Positions 1 through 12,312 of a stretch of DNA of 64,000 bases are shown piece by piece. Origin of the DNA: Octopus vulgaris. Lineage: Eukaryota. The DNA lies in the NCBI GenBank assembly GCA_951406725.2, contig OX597831.1, forward strand, positions 46,500,001 through 46,564,000. Reading direction: 5' to 3'. Position 1 is the first letter of the stretch, and every line of letters starts with the position of its first letter. Position numbers and translations under genes: made by a program. Below the pieces are notes generated by a model. That model saw nothing but the letters and a program-made list of their open reading frames with translations. It was not told the origin of the DNA and made no database searches.

Positions 1-250
1 CTTTAAGTGAACATTTTTCTGGTTGAAATACACCGAAAAATGGTGACACAGCAGCCAAAAAAATCGTAAAAAATAGGGATTTTCATAGAAAAAAAGCACC
101 TTTTTGATGTAAATAACTTTTGGTCTTAACATGGTCTGATTTGAATTTTGTCTTCTACGGAATGAAGAACAAACCTTCTTCTATCATACTTTCAATTTTG
201 GTCAACTTTTGTCGCAGGGTCTCGTGTGTGTGTATATATATATATAATAC

Positions 251-482
251 ACAAGCTGTAACCATCGTCGAAACATATGTCGAAAGTAAAAGAATTTTAA
301 TAACATCTTCGTTCAACTCCATTTATTTACTTATACAACACAAATCACTGCACATTAACCCGGAGTTTCTACCTTTGAATAGGTCGCTTCATCCGTGTTA
401 CTTGCGTGAATTTTGCTACCCTGGTAACTGTTTATTGAATTTTCCATGTTAACGGTAAACAAAGGATAATTCATTCATCCAT
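251..482 (+). mobile_element. Penelope-like pLTR fragment carrying the 3' half of a hammerhead (GAAACATATGTC)
   Basis: Similar to 5167-5390 (gaaacatatgtcga...tcgttcaactccatt...gtgaattt(t)gctacc); embedded between (TA)n tracts; no upstream CTGATGA. Confidence 0.55.
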
Positions 483-483
483 T

Positions 484-484
<1 letters not shown>

Positions 485-557
<73 letters not shown>

Positions 558-875
558 GTGCATATGTATGTATATATATATATGTATATATATGTGTGTG
601 TATAACAGAAGCAACAAAGTGACTCAAGTGGGCCAGTTTTCCATTGCTTCTGCTAAATATTAATAAGATATATACTCATGTTTAGAGTTCAGTTTTTCTT
701 GTTTGCTTCACCACACACACACATACACACACATATGCACGCGCACACTCACAGACACACACACACAAGGTACACACATACACGTACACACAAGCATTTA
801 AACACATATACACACGCACGCACACGTATTTTATGTATATATGTATTCATGTATAAACATGTAGGGATATACGTT

Positions 876-913
<38 letters not shown>

Positions 914-1168
914 TCTATATTTATCGTATATACATACACATATGCGCGTGCATACATATGTACATGTCTATACCTTTATATGTATGCATATGTACGTAAA
1001 TGCACATGTATATATGTACATATGTATGTGTGCATACACATATTTATGTATGTATATGTATATATATGCATATATATATATACACACACACACTCACGCA
1101 CACACATATATACACACGCGCACACACATAACTATATATGTAAACATATACACACACATACACACATG
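485..1168. repeat. Compound (TA)n/(CA)n/(TG)n microsatellite region
   Basis: Direct inspection. Confidence 0.9.
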
Positions 1169-1735
1169 GCAATGAGTGAGAGAATTGAAGTGTGGAGATA
1201 CATGTTTAATTTATGTATTGCTTGTCCTTCCAAGTATTGTTTTAGATGTGATTAAAGCAATTTTCTGCAAGGTACAATTTTTTTAATCAAAACTTATTAA
1301 ATTCGGAGAAATTCTGACACCTGCTGTAATTAGAATATTTTTTTCAATATTTCCACTATGTTTTGTTCGCCAAATAAACCAGACATGTTATTTAGTTCGT
1401 GAAGGAGAGATAGTGCTTGTGTTCTTTGCAAGCTGTGTCTGATTGGTTAAACGGTGTATTTTGAGCGTTCAGCTTACATTTATATAGATTAGTAACTATA
1501 ATGTTAGTAGCGAGAGAATTCCAGTGATAATCTGTGTTTCTGGAACTAGAATGAGCTATTGTGTTGTCAAATAAATTCGTTGGTTTCTACTTTCCTATTG
1601 TTTTAAGCCATTTATTTTCTCTTTTACTTATATTTTTTATCAGCAATTTTCAGAAATAACTCAAACATATTTCGTTTTGGGATTTGATTTGCAAGATTCT
1701 TTATATGAGTTCGTGTGTTGAAGCATATTCTGTTG

Positions 1736-1951
1736 TGTCTGGGGAGAGTCATTTTCTTTTTGTGCCTTATAATTTAACACACTCACCGGTAAAATTTCCA
1801 CATTTCTTATTTTTATTTTCCTAAAATTTTCCTAAAAGGTTGCAAGACGCAACGAAAATTTTAGGAAAATAAAAATAAGAAATAAGTGGAAATTTTACCG
1901 GTGAATGTGTTAAATTACAAGGCACAAAAAGAAAATGACTCTCCCCAGACA
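1736..1951. repeat. Inverted repeat with ~95 bp arms (1736-1830 / 1855-1951), probable inverted Penelope-like pLTR
   Basis: tgtctggggagagtcattttc...cctaaaatttt is the reverse complement of aaaattttagg...gaaaatgactctccccagaca with few mismatches. Confidence 0.85.
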
Positions 1952-4656
1952 GCTCAAAAATATATTTTCTTTCATTGTTCACGGCTTCTTGACAACGTTC
2001 CACAAGTTTGTCAATACCTTGACAGTAGAAATCAACCGTCTAGACTTCGAGAATTCACCGAGTCACGTTTTTAGTTTCGTGGCGTTATTGAAAGAGACGC
2101 TTCATAGACTGTTGGAAAGTGACAGAAAAGGTGATAATTTCATGAATCTGTATCAAGAGAATACAGTGGGTGTGGTAGAATCCTCTAACCAAGCACTTGT
2201 ATAGTATACACAGTCAAATTAGCAACTTGGGGGCGAGTGTTGCTGTATTGAAGCACGCTATGTCGTCAGTGTCTGATCGTTTCAGCTGGATTGGCTTATT
2301 GAGCAGGTGCATTTGCTGAACGCAAAGCTCTACATTGACCATGTAATTATTTTGAAGCATTTCGTAGTAGATTAGCCCCTCTCAATCCCACCAAACGCAG
2401 ATCATTGGCTTTTGCGGATGCAGCTCCGACTTTGCTCGAGGTATTGCTTTCTTATAGGGGCAACCATTCTTTCCTCTGATTCATACTGACGGAAAATCAC
2501 TAATTTTCATCGCTCAGCAAAGAAATCTCTGTTTGTGTTCACAAGTAGCCTGGCCTTGAGCGAATAAAATGGTGCCGATAGAGGAGCGTGTGACTCTCAT
2601 GCACCGAGGTTTTGGACTTTACCCATCAAGTAAATGTTACGATCAACGGCATTATAAGAGAATCTCATCTACTGCGCCAGTTTCCTCGTAGATTGGCACG
2701 GACCCTCGTGAATGAATTCGATCAATCGACCCTCATTGAACTAAACAAGTCGTCTGGAATGCAGAGTCTTTGAGGTCGAATTTCTCATTCTTTAAGAGTG
2801 AAAATCATTTCTGAGTAGTTTTTTTCAGTAACAACGCCTTCTTCATACAAAGCACAAATATCTCGAGCGGCTTTGCAGCTCTGGAAACATGATTGAGAGC
2901 AAAGAGAAGCAGGTGTTGAAAATGTTCATTGTTTTCTATATAACACTCTATAATCATGTCTGAAAAGAAGTAAAATTTAATCAAATTTCAAAAATGATAA
3001 ACAAAAGTTGAAGAGGAAGAACATAGCTACAAAAACAAAAACAAAACACTACCACAAAAATATTTTTCGTGCTAATTCAAACATCAGAAAGAAACAAACG
3101 AATTTTTCTGCCAACCAAAAGTATATGTTTGGCCATGGGAGGAAAGGTGGATGCACCACGCAGGATTCAATATTTTTTATTAAGTAAAATTTAATTAGAG
3201 GACAGAAGCCGTGTTATTAGTAGTAGAAAAGATAGCGAGGAGAAGAACCACAAGTGTGTATAGGAGAAGTGGTAGCATGATGGTGAGTGAATTATTGTAA
3301 TACAGCTAAATAGCTTTCTTTTGTATGCGATTTAGGAGATTTATTAGTAGGAACAGCAATGCCGAAGATATGGGAATAATACTCTACTGTAAATTATTCT
3401 TGTGCTTTGCAAAACGTCAGCAACTAATGAGGGATCAGAGCTGATGCAATTTCCAGAAGAGCAGGTTTTAATTTTGTAATGCGGTTTTGGCAATGCTGTG
3501 TATATACGTAAACTTACTAAGCGAGATGGTCAGAGATTGCTGCGTCAAGTACTCATTGCATCTTTATATGTCTTAAAATTATGCATTATTCTTATAAAGA
3601 GAGAGTAATGGGGAATTAAACTGTGATGTTATGACTTCATTTGAATTGTTTTTAAATCTCTATTCGTTGAAACAATGAGAATTTCGTATCTATTAATATT
3701 ATGCCATAAGTCTCCTTTTCTCTGTTTGTCCGTCTTCAAAGAGAGATAACTGACCTTATTGAGTTTACCTCCCTTGGTTACTATATATTAAAATAGAGTT
3801 ACCTGTTATATGACAGCTGAAGTTGGAAAGTCTACTACGCATATAGGCCGTCCCCAATGGTCTTCCATTCAAGACCATCCCGACATCCTAGAAGAAATCT
3901 TGAATTACACTACTTAATTTGATCTTTCCGTATTAAGGCGGTAGGCTGTGATCTGTTGTTGCAGTCTTGTTGTTTTCAATAAGTCAAGTAACCATATACT
4001 GGAGATTAGCAATTGTCGAAAATGCAATCAGTAGGAAAGTCCAAGTTCATTCACTTTGAGGGGTGTGTAGGTTAAAGTTTTTCGCCGAGCGTGAGAAAAG
4101 AGGAAACTGTGCTGTTGTTACTTTTGTGAGAGGCTAATATGGATTTCAACTCAACTACTGCATCCTATTCAAAACGAGATGCCTTAAATTTCTACTTATA
4201 TTTTATGAATATTTTAAGTGTGTCAACTTGCTGGAGACAGATTGTTGTATAATCGAATGCTGACTTCCGACAGGAAAATGCATTATGACGATAAATAATC
4301 AGCTGCTAAGTGCTGTGAGCACACTACCGCATTTCACCCATTTTAACGGATATTAACATAAGAAAGAAACAAGAGAATCTCTATAAATGTTGTTCAAACT
4401 GTTAGAAATAGCTCTCAAATCTCTATCAAGTAACATCCATTTATCCTTAAAAGGTGTAAAAGAATGTCTGTGACAATGTGGACTTAAAAATTTAGAAAGC
4501 TCATAGTCGGAATGTTTATGATCACAAATTCTCCCCATCAAAGTCACCCTGACCCACAAAGCAACAACAGTATATATAAACACTCTGCATAATAAACATA
4601 CATAACGGCGGTGCATCAGCATGGCCGCAACTCTGAGCTGAAAAAAAAGTACATAA

Positions 4657-4818
4657 GCGCAGGCGTGGCTGTGTGGTAAGAATCTTTCTTCTCAATCACA
4701 TGGTTCCAAGTTTAGTCTCACTGCGTGGCACCTTGGGAAAGTGGATTCTATTGTAGTCTCGAGCTGACAAAAGCCTTGTGAGTCGATTTGATAGACGGAA
4801 ACTGAAAGAAGCCCGTCG
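4657..4818 (+). mobile_element. tRNA-derived SINE family B (CORE-like), 5' part
   Basis: ggcgtggctgtgtggtaag head and tggcaccttgggaaagtg core; matches copies at 35458 and 59089. Confidence 0.85.
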
Positions 4819-4881
4819 TATATATATATATATATATATAAATATATGAAAGAATGGAGTTGAACGACTAGTTAACAAATA

Positions 4882-4978
4882 TCCTTTATTCTCGACATAT
4901 GTTTCGAAGGCTGTATATTCCTAATTCCGAAGGAATAAGGAGTACATTATGCAGATTTCTCATCAGGAAAATCAAGGA
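4882..4978 (-). ncRNA. Type I hammerhead ribozyme, mirror copy in the left palindrome arm
   Basis: Exact reverse complement of 5094-5190. Confidence 0.8.
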
Positions 4979-5093
4979 ACTTATATCGACATCAAAATGC
5001 ACAAAAACTTTTAGCTGACCGCTCTCAAGGAGCCATGGCTCCTTGAGAGCGGTCAGCTAAAAGTTTTTTGTGCATTTTGATGTCGATATAAGT

Positions 5094-5190
5094 TCCTTGA
5101 TTTTCCTGATGAGAAATCTGCATAATGTACTCCTTATTCCTTCGGAATTAGGAATATACAGCCTTCGAAACATATGTCGAGAATAAAGGA
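5094..5190 (+). ncRNA. Type I hammerhead ribozyme (minimal palindromic stem III, long stem II)
   Basis: Stem I tccttgattttc/gagaataaagga; CTGATGA 5106-5112; stem II gaa...attcc-ttc-ggaat...ttc; GAAAC-ATAT-GTC; predicted cut after 5178. Confidence 0.8.
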
Positions 5191-5390
5191 TATTTGTTAA
5201 CTAGTCGTTCAACTCCATTCTTTCATATACTTATAATTTTAAAATAAACATACAAATTTCCGCACGAAAACACGTAGTCTATGCCCTAGGGACGTAGCTT
5301 CAACCGTGTTCTTTCTGATGTGAATTTGCTACCCAGGTATCGGTTATCTTTCGAATTATTCTTAATAAGATAATTCATTCAATTACTCAA

Positions 5391-5814
<424 letters not shown>

Positions 5815-5817
<3 letters not shown>

Positions 5818-6200
5818 AAACTGAGAATATGTGTCTGTCTGTGTGAATCCCTAAAACTTGAGAACTACACTACCAATTTCATATAAATTTTACACATGCC
5901 TTACTTAGGGTCCATGTAGTGTCATGGGCAAAAACATTTCTAACTTCTTGCCTAGCAATATCATATCTTCTCCACTATTTCAGTATTACGTGTTAAAAGT
6001 GAAACAGAAACATCTCTCTATTGTAATGTCAGATACTTTCACTTTAATACTGAAACTATTAAAGTCAAACTATTATATAAGAGGGATGAACCATTAACAG
6101 TGGACATCCATTTTGCTAGAAGAAGGTCTGCTATGGTCTTATATGAACAGCACTGATTTTCAATTCATATTAATCAAATTAATATTCAATTTCTCACCCT
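5815..6200 (+). mobile_element. Helitron-like non-autonomous fragment
   Basis: 5' motif aaaa...tgtctgtctgtgtg...ccaatttcatataaatttt resembles the 5' ends of other Helitrons in the window. Confidence 0.35.
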
Positions 6201-6223
6201 TATTATTTTAATTTAAAATTTAA

Positions 6224-6280
6224 ACCCTGGACCATGTGTTTTGGAACGATGTTTGTTACCACACAGCCATACTTTCACCT
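6224..6280 (-). mobile_element. Inverted duplicate of the head of the neighbouring family B SINE
   Basis: Reverse complement of ~6468-6525, sharing the variant ttccaaaacacatggtcc. Confidence 0.75.
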
Positions 6281-6469
6281 ATGTATGTGTGTATGTGTGT
6301 ACAGCTGTATATGTATACATTTATTTCTATACATATAGATGTATATGTATACATGTATATGTGTAGATGTATATATATATAGATGTACATATAATATGTA
6401 CACATATATATTCACATATATACATGCATACATATATACACCCATACACACATATACACACACATGCAT

Positions 6470-6790
6470 AGGTACAGGTGTGGCTGTGTGGTAACAAACT
6501 TCGTTCCAAAACACATGGTCCTGGGTTCAGTCCCACTGTGTGGTGACTTGGCATGTGTCTTCTGCTATAGCCTCAGACCAACCAAAGCCTTGTCAGTGGA
6601 GTTTGTAGACATAAACTGAAAGAAATCAATCGTATATATATATGTATGTATATATATTTAAGTGTATGTGTGTGACATTGTTTCTGTGTTTCACCCTCAT
6701 CACTGCTTCACAACTGCTGTTCGTTTATTTACATCCCCATAACTTATTGGTTTCACATGAAGAAACTAATAGAATAAGTACCACGCTTAT
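6470..6790 (+). mobile_element. SINE family B, diverged
   Basis: gtggctgtgtggtaa head; gggttcagtcccactg; tagaataagtacc in the 3' part. Confidence 0.8.
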
Positions 6791-6884
6791 CAACATAAAA
6801 AAAGCACTACGCTGTGTCTCATATTTTGTTTGCCCACTCAGTTGTATCTATCAATTTATCTTTGTGTATATATATATATATACA

Positions 6885-6930
<46 letters not shown>

Positions 6931-6957
6931 TACTCACACAAACGCACACACACACAC

Positions 6958-7011
<54 letters not shown>

Positions 7012-7029
7012 ATATGTGTACATTCATTT

Positions 7030-8268
7030 TTATAATATCAAAGACGATGTCTTTATGTGTTCGTGTATTACTTATACATTCGAAAACTGCTGCACCGATC
7101 ATAATGAAATTTGGGACACAAAATCGAAGCCTAGGGAGAAGGGTAATGCTGTGTGTTTTATACAATATTATACAAAATTACTGAATCGATCCTTATGATA
7201 TTTGAAACTTAGATTCAATGCATAAGGGCGGGTATAATGCAATATGTTTGGTTTGAATTTCAGATGGCTTAAAGGGAGCAGAACCACCCATGAAAATTCA
7301 TAAATTTTCGATGTTGATGAAATTTCAACCATGGGTAATTGACACACATCAAGAAGTATTCTCAAAGTTTCCACTTCACATGAGGATTCTAATACGCCCT
7401 AATGGGGGCCTTAACTCCCAAATTTTAGTCATTTCTTTTATGATCCTAAACTAAGTCAAAAGTACTGAATGGATCTTTACGAAATTTGGAAATTATATTC
7501 TATGCATAAGGGCCACAACTCCCATGACAATTCATATATTTATGCTTTTGATGAAATTTTATCCATAGATATTAGATACAAATGAAGTAATATTTATAAA
7601 ATTTCATCTTCTTACAAGTTAGAAAGACCCCTTCATGGGGACTTAACACCCACAATTTTGTCATTTTATCTAAGCAAAGACGAATAGTTGTACGCTTGGA
7701 AGCTGTGGGGTCATCCGAGCATAGAAGATGAGCATTATTTGTAATTCAATGGCACAACAGTGTAAGAGTTTACTTTGACATACACTTAGATTGTAATTTC
7801 TGCAATGTGCTGCATAAATTGTCAAGTAAATGAGAGGCATCTTGACCTCCACTGATTCAGTTGCAAAGTGTTGAGTAAAGTTATTTGATTGCAGACCTCC
7901 TTTCAGTCTTTTTATTATCACTCGGTCACACATAGTCCCCAGATGGTAACATTGATTTCAAGGCATTCCAAGATGAGTGACTGGTTATTCAAAGACATTT
8001 ATAGATTTTAAATTCATTCTGTCCAGTTACGTACCAGTATAGTGGTCATTTGCAAACTCCAACTTTCATTTCTCCTTAGCCCTTACGTCACACAGTTATT
8101 AATGTTGATTTCAGTTGGGTCACGCCCTTCCAATTGCTATAGATTCATAATGCATCTTACGGTTGTGCCTGTCACCCGGATGGTGAGGAATCCTTCATTG
8201 GGAGTGGTAACGACTAGGGTAGGGTTACTGACTGCTTATTGTGATCATTCATCTTTTGGTTTCCTGTA
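7030..8268 (+). mobile_element. Non-autonomous Helitron-like element; 7399-8268 is homologous (inverted) to 17776-18617
   Basis: Long high-identity match, including near-identical short ORFs 7670-7933(-) and 18119-18388(+); Helitron-type 5' region. Confidence 0.7.
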
Positions 8269-8289
8269 GCTTTGCTCTCTTTTACAAAC

Positions 8290-8509
8290 CCAGTGAACAT
8301 ATATTTCCTATTTCAAAGAAGTAGGAAGAAAGAGTGAGAGAAAGTTGTGGTGAAAGAGTACAGCGGGGATCACCCCCACGCCGCCGGAGCCTCGTGGAGC
8401 TTAGGTGTTTTTGCTCAATAAACGCTCACAAATGCCCGGTCTGAGAATCGAAACCGCGTTCTTACGATCGCTAGTCCGCTGCCTTAACCAAAGGGCCATT
8501 GCGCTTCCA
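8290..8509 (-). mobile_element. SINE family C
   Basis: Reverse complement of the tggaagcgcaatggccc head and aaaaacacctaagctccacgagg body. Confidence 0.85.
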
Positions 8510-8689
8510 CTTGGCTGCTGTTTCAACCTGTGCAGCTTTATTGAGTTAAGTCTCTTGCTGATTCGTTGAAGAGATATACTGTATATTTGGTCAGCTGTAG
8601 CAATATCACTTAATGTTAAGATATTTGCTATTTGTAATATGGGATATTCCAATACATCACATCAGATAGAAAGATATTTCTTCTGATTA

Positions 8690-8921
8690 TATTTCTTTAT
8701 TGCCCACAAGGGGCTAAACATAGAGGGGACAAACAAGGACAGACAAAGGGATTAAGTCGATTATATCGACCTCAGTGCGTTACTGGTACTTTATTTATCG
8801 ACCTCGAAAGGATGAAAGGCATAGTCAACCTCGGCGGAATTGGAACTCAGAACCTAACGGCAGACGTAATACGAATAAGCATTTCGCCCGGCGCGCTAAC
8901 GTTTCTGCCAGCTCGACGCTT
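8690..8921 (-). mobile_element. tRNA-derived SINE family A (Deu/Nin-domain-like)
   Basis: gcctttcatcctttcg-ggtcgataaa central domain; imperfect TSD gaaagat(a)ttcttctg. Confidence 0.9.
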
Positions 8922-9429
8922 TATGGAAAGATTTCTTCTGTTGTTTAATATAGATCACGTTCCATTGGATCGAATCTGCAAACGTGATTTTTGTTTTCTT
9001 TTCTTCTTTTGTTAAGTGAACGGATTAAAAAGATGAGGTTACATGGCATGACTGCGTATTTGTATTATTCTGTACAGTCATTGAGGTCAACAGACAAAGC
9101 TAATATTAGAACATTCTCGAATAGTCCATTTTCTCTTTATGATTTGACCCAATAGTTTTCAGTAATGCAAATAGCATTAAAGATACTTTGAGCGTTGCGT
9201 CAAGTGTTACACAGAAATATTGTACGTTAAACTACGTAGATTTAACAAATATACTTTCAAGTAAAGCAAGGCGGCGAACAGACAGAAACATTAGAGTTGT
9301 AAAAATGCTTTGCGGTATTTTTTTCGGCTCCTTACAATTTGAGATAAAATTTTGCTCTTCATCTCTCCAGGGTCGATAAAATAGTTTAGTATTGGGTTGA
9401 TGGCTTTGATTAATCCCCCTCTCTCTCTT

Positions 9430-9462
<33 letters not shown>

Positions 9463-10007
9463 TCCTCTCTCTCTTTCTCTCTCATTAAAAGCTACTGAAC
9501 TTATGCCTAAATTAGAAGCAGTATCGTTAGAATGCCGCACAAAAAATCACCAGTATTTGATCTGAATCTTCATGCCAGTGTTAAGAACATTTATTTTAAG
9601 TGAAGAGGTCGATAGAAAAGGATAAGATGGAAATATTTTAAAACAAAGTCCAGCAATATAAAATTACACACTACAAGTTTCAAGAGAGCCCCTAGGTGCT
9701 AGGTTTGCCAATTAGAAATTGTAGCTGAGTCTCCCTCATGTCTTATCTTCAATTAAAAAGAAGGAAAGACACATTAGATGATTCACCACTTCTAGATATA
9801 CAAAAAGAGGTATGATCATAACGCGAATAACTAATCAAAATGCGTGAGGAGAAATATGTTCTCAGGTTATTAACATCACACCCTGGAGTAATGAATAAAA
9901 TGACAGGAGAATTTCATCAAATTTACACAAAACTGTTTGTTTAAATATTCTTCTTTCTCCTTTCTTTTCTTTTTCCTTTTCTTTTTCTCTCTTTTTCTTT
10001 TTGTCAG

Positions 10008-10080
10008 TTGTAAAATTGAACTTTGAAGACCGGTTCCATCAACGCATCGACGCTGGTTGCTTTCCTTCATATTTAGGATT
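10008..10080 (+). other. Possible host exon (unverified)
   Basis: ~60 nt polypyrimidine tract then tcag; open frame VKLNFEDRFHQRIDAGCFPSYLG; weak gtaatt donor; no recognisable homology. Confidence 0.25.
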
Positions 10081-10244
10081 GTAATTTCTATAATTTTGAA
10101 TTTTTAACAATTTTTCATTTTGAACTCGACAATGACAGGCTTGCTGTAGAAATATTGTTCAACCAAAAAAACATCTGTTCCAATCGCATCATGCTTTTCG
10201 TATTGTGTATTTACCTTTGTGAAGAATTACGTCAGATCTTTTGA

Positions 10245-10289
<45 letters not shown>

Positions 10290-10292
<3 letters not shown>

Positions 10293-11086
10293 TAGTTTTA
10301 TTTTTATATCGTGCTTTCACTTCACTACCGAGCGCAGCTCTGTGTGCCTTGGGTATGTGTTGTGGTTTGTTGTGATGCTCTTATGGCTACTGTATTGAAA
10401 GTGTTTTGCGTAGGATGTGTGTAGTGCCCAGTAACGCAATTTTCTGTATGTTATATATATTTGTAAGTCCTGGTGTTTTTGTTATGTATTTGTCTGAATA
10501 TTTTTTAAATCATACCTAATGCGCCTACTATGATAGGAATTGTTTCTGTTTTTAGATTCCACATTCGAGTTACCTCTATTTCCAGGTCTTTGTATTTTGA
10601 AAGTTTCTCCATTTCTTATAGAGCAACGTTGTCATCTGCTGGTATTGATACATCAATTAGAAAGCATTTTTCTCTTCATGATCTCTGACAACTATATCTG
10701 GCCTATTGGCCTTAATTTCTCTATCTGTGTGTATTAGCATAACCCAGAGTATGGGTGCCATCTCGTTTTCTGTGTCCTTTTCTGGCGTGTGCCTATACCA
10801 TCTCTTTTCTGTTGTTATTCCATAGTGTTGGCATAGCTTCCAGTGTATGTAAGTCCCAACTCTATCGTGTCTGTGAATGTATTCCTTCTTATCCAGGATT
10901 GGGCAGCCAGAGATAATATGATTTATTGTTTCTTGTCCATATCCACATATTCTGCAGTTACTAGTTATGTTTCTTTTCATTACATGTTTTTGGTAATTTC
11001 TGGTGGTGGTGGTGGTGGTGGGAGGCTTTAGTCTTGTGCTGCAATTAAAAATCTTCCAGTCTCTGCTTTGAGTCCTGAGCTTCTCA
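10290..11086 (-). mobile_element. R4/Dong-like RLE non-LTR retrotransposon 3' fragment within (TAA)n
   Basis: CRICG..ETINHIISGC, RHDRVG..IHWKLC and RPDIVV.D (CCHC plus restriction-like endonuclease); (TTA)n on both sides. Confidence 0.85.
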
Positions 11087-11102
11087 ATTATTATTATTGT
11101 TG

Positions 11103-11182
<80 letters not shown>

Positions 11183-11344
11183 TATTCTTATTCTGCAAGT
11201 TTGTTACAATCACTTGCCGAGACACACCTAGCGTCTTAGGGCGAGTGAAGGATAAGAGATGTTACAGTATGACTGAAAGCTTGGGGTGGGAGGAGTGGCA
11301 GAGTCTGTTGCGAAATATATTCATGTAATACAGCACATACATTT

Positions 11345-11715
11345 AAATTGATAAGGTTCTTCAAAGGATGTGGGCAGTACTTGTCAGCACAATCTTTTGG
11401 ATTTCTCTGAGATATGGTTCTCCTGGGATGTTATCTGTTTCTGACAGTCTTTTTTATCATACCTAGGGCACTTACAATAACAGGAGGAGTTCTCGCTTTA
11501 AGATACCACATCTTTTGTGTTTCAATTTTCAGGTCCTTACATTTACTTAATTTGTCAAATTCCTTAGATATATTTTTATCAGTGGGAACACTTACAAGTA
11601 ATAGTCTGCAAGTATTTTCCTCCCGGTTTTTAATAATTATGCCTGGTCGATAAACCTGGATTTTTCTGTCGGTTTTAACTGGAAAATCCCAGAGAGTGAT
11701 ATTTTTAACTTCAAC
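11345..11715 (-). mobile_element. Second R4/Dong-like RLE 3' fragment
   Basis: LWDFPVKTDRKIQVYRPGII...KLSKCKDLKIE...PVIVSALGMI; abuts (TTA)n at 11720-11785. Confidence 0.8.
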
Positions 11716-11718
11716 GAC

Positions 11719-11773
<55 letters not shown>

Positions 11774-12176
11774 ATTATTATTATAGTGGTTGTTGTTGTT
11801 GATAGTCGCAATGACACCTCTATGTGATTAGATGAATGTTTTTATAATGGAACGCCTTAATATTTTTTACATGTGTGAAATATATTTTACACGAGAAGCA
11901 AACTTTATTAAATTGTCTTACAAGAAAACGGAAGAAAAAAACCTGAATTTTATTTAAATCTTTAACCGTTGAGTTGTTCGAACTGATTCGTTATGGCTTT
12001 AAGTGAACCGAGTAACACCCAGACGTAAGAAAAGAAACTTTAATTTGCGTAGACACAAAGCAAGAAACATAAACTAGTTTATATTCCAACGAAGCATGTT
12101 TTTCGGGCATGAGAATATCTGTTTTTAGGAAAGAATGACATAGGGAGTGGGTTCTTATTGGTCGTTCAGTAACAAC

Positions 12177-12177
12177 T

Positions 12178-12235
<58 letters not shown>

Positions 12236-12236
12236 G

Positions 12237-12312
<76 letters not shown>
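12177..12312. repeat. (CAG)n/(CAA)n trinucleotide repeat
   Basis: Direct inspection. Confidence 0.95.

Larger units (their letters stand above)
4843..5229. repeat. Near-perfect spacerless palindrome (193/194 bp arms), inverted Penelope-like pLTR; right arm continues to ~5392
   Basis: Centre ggagcca|tggctcc at 5035/5036; arms are reverse complements apart from one T-run indel. Confidence 0.95.

Noticed and set aside
678-1255. ORFs rich in H/T/Y/I/C/V/M, and all similar ones across the window
   Set aside because: Translations of (CA)n, (TA)n and (TATG)n microsatellites; no coding signal
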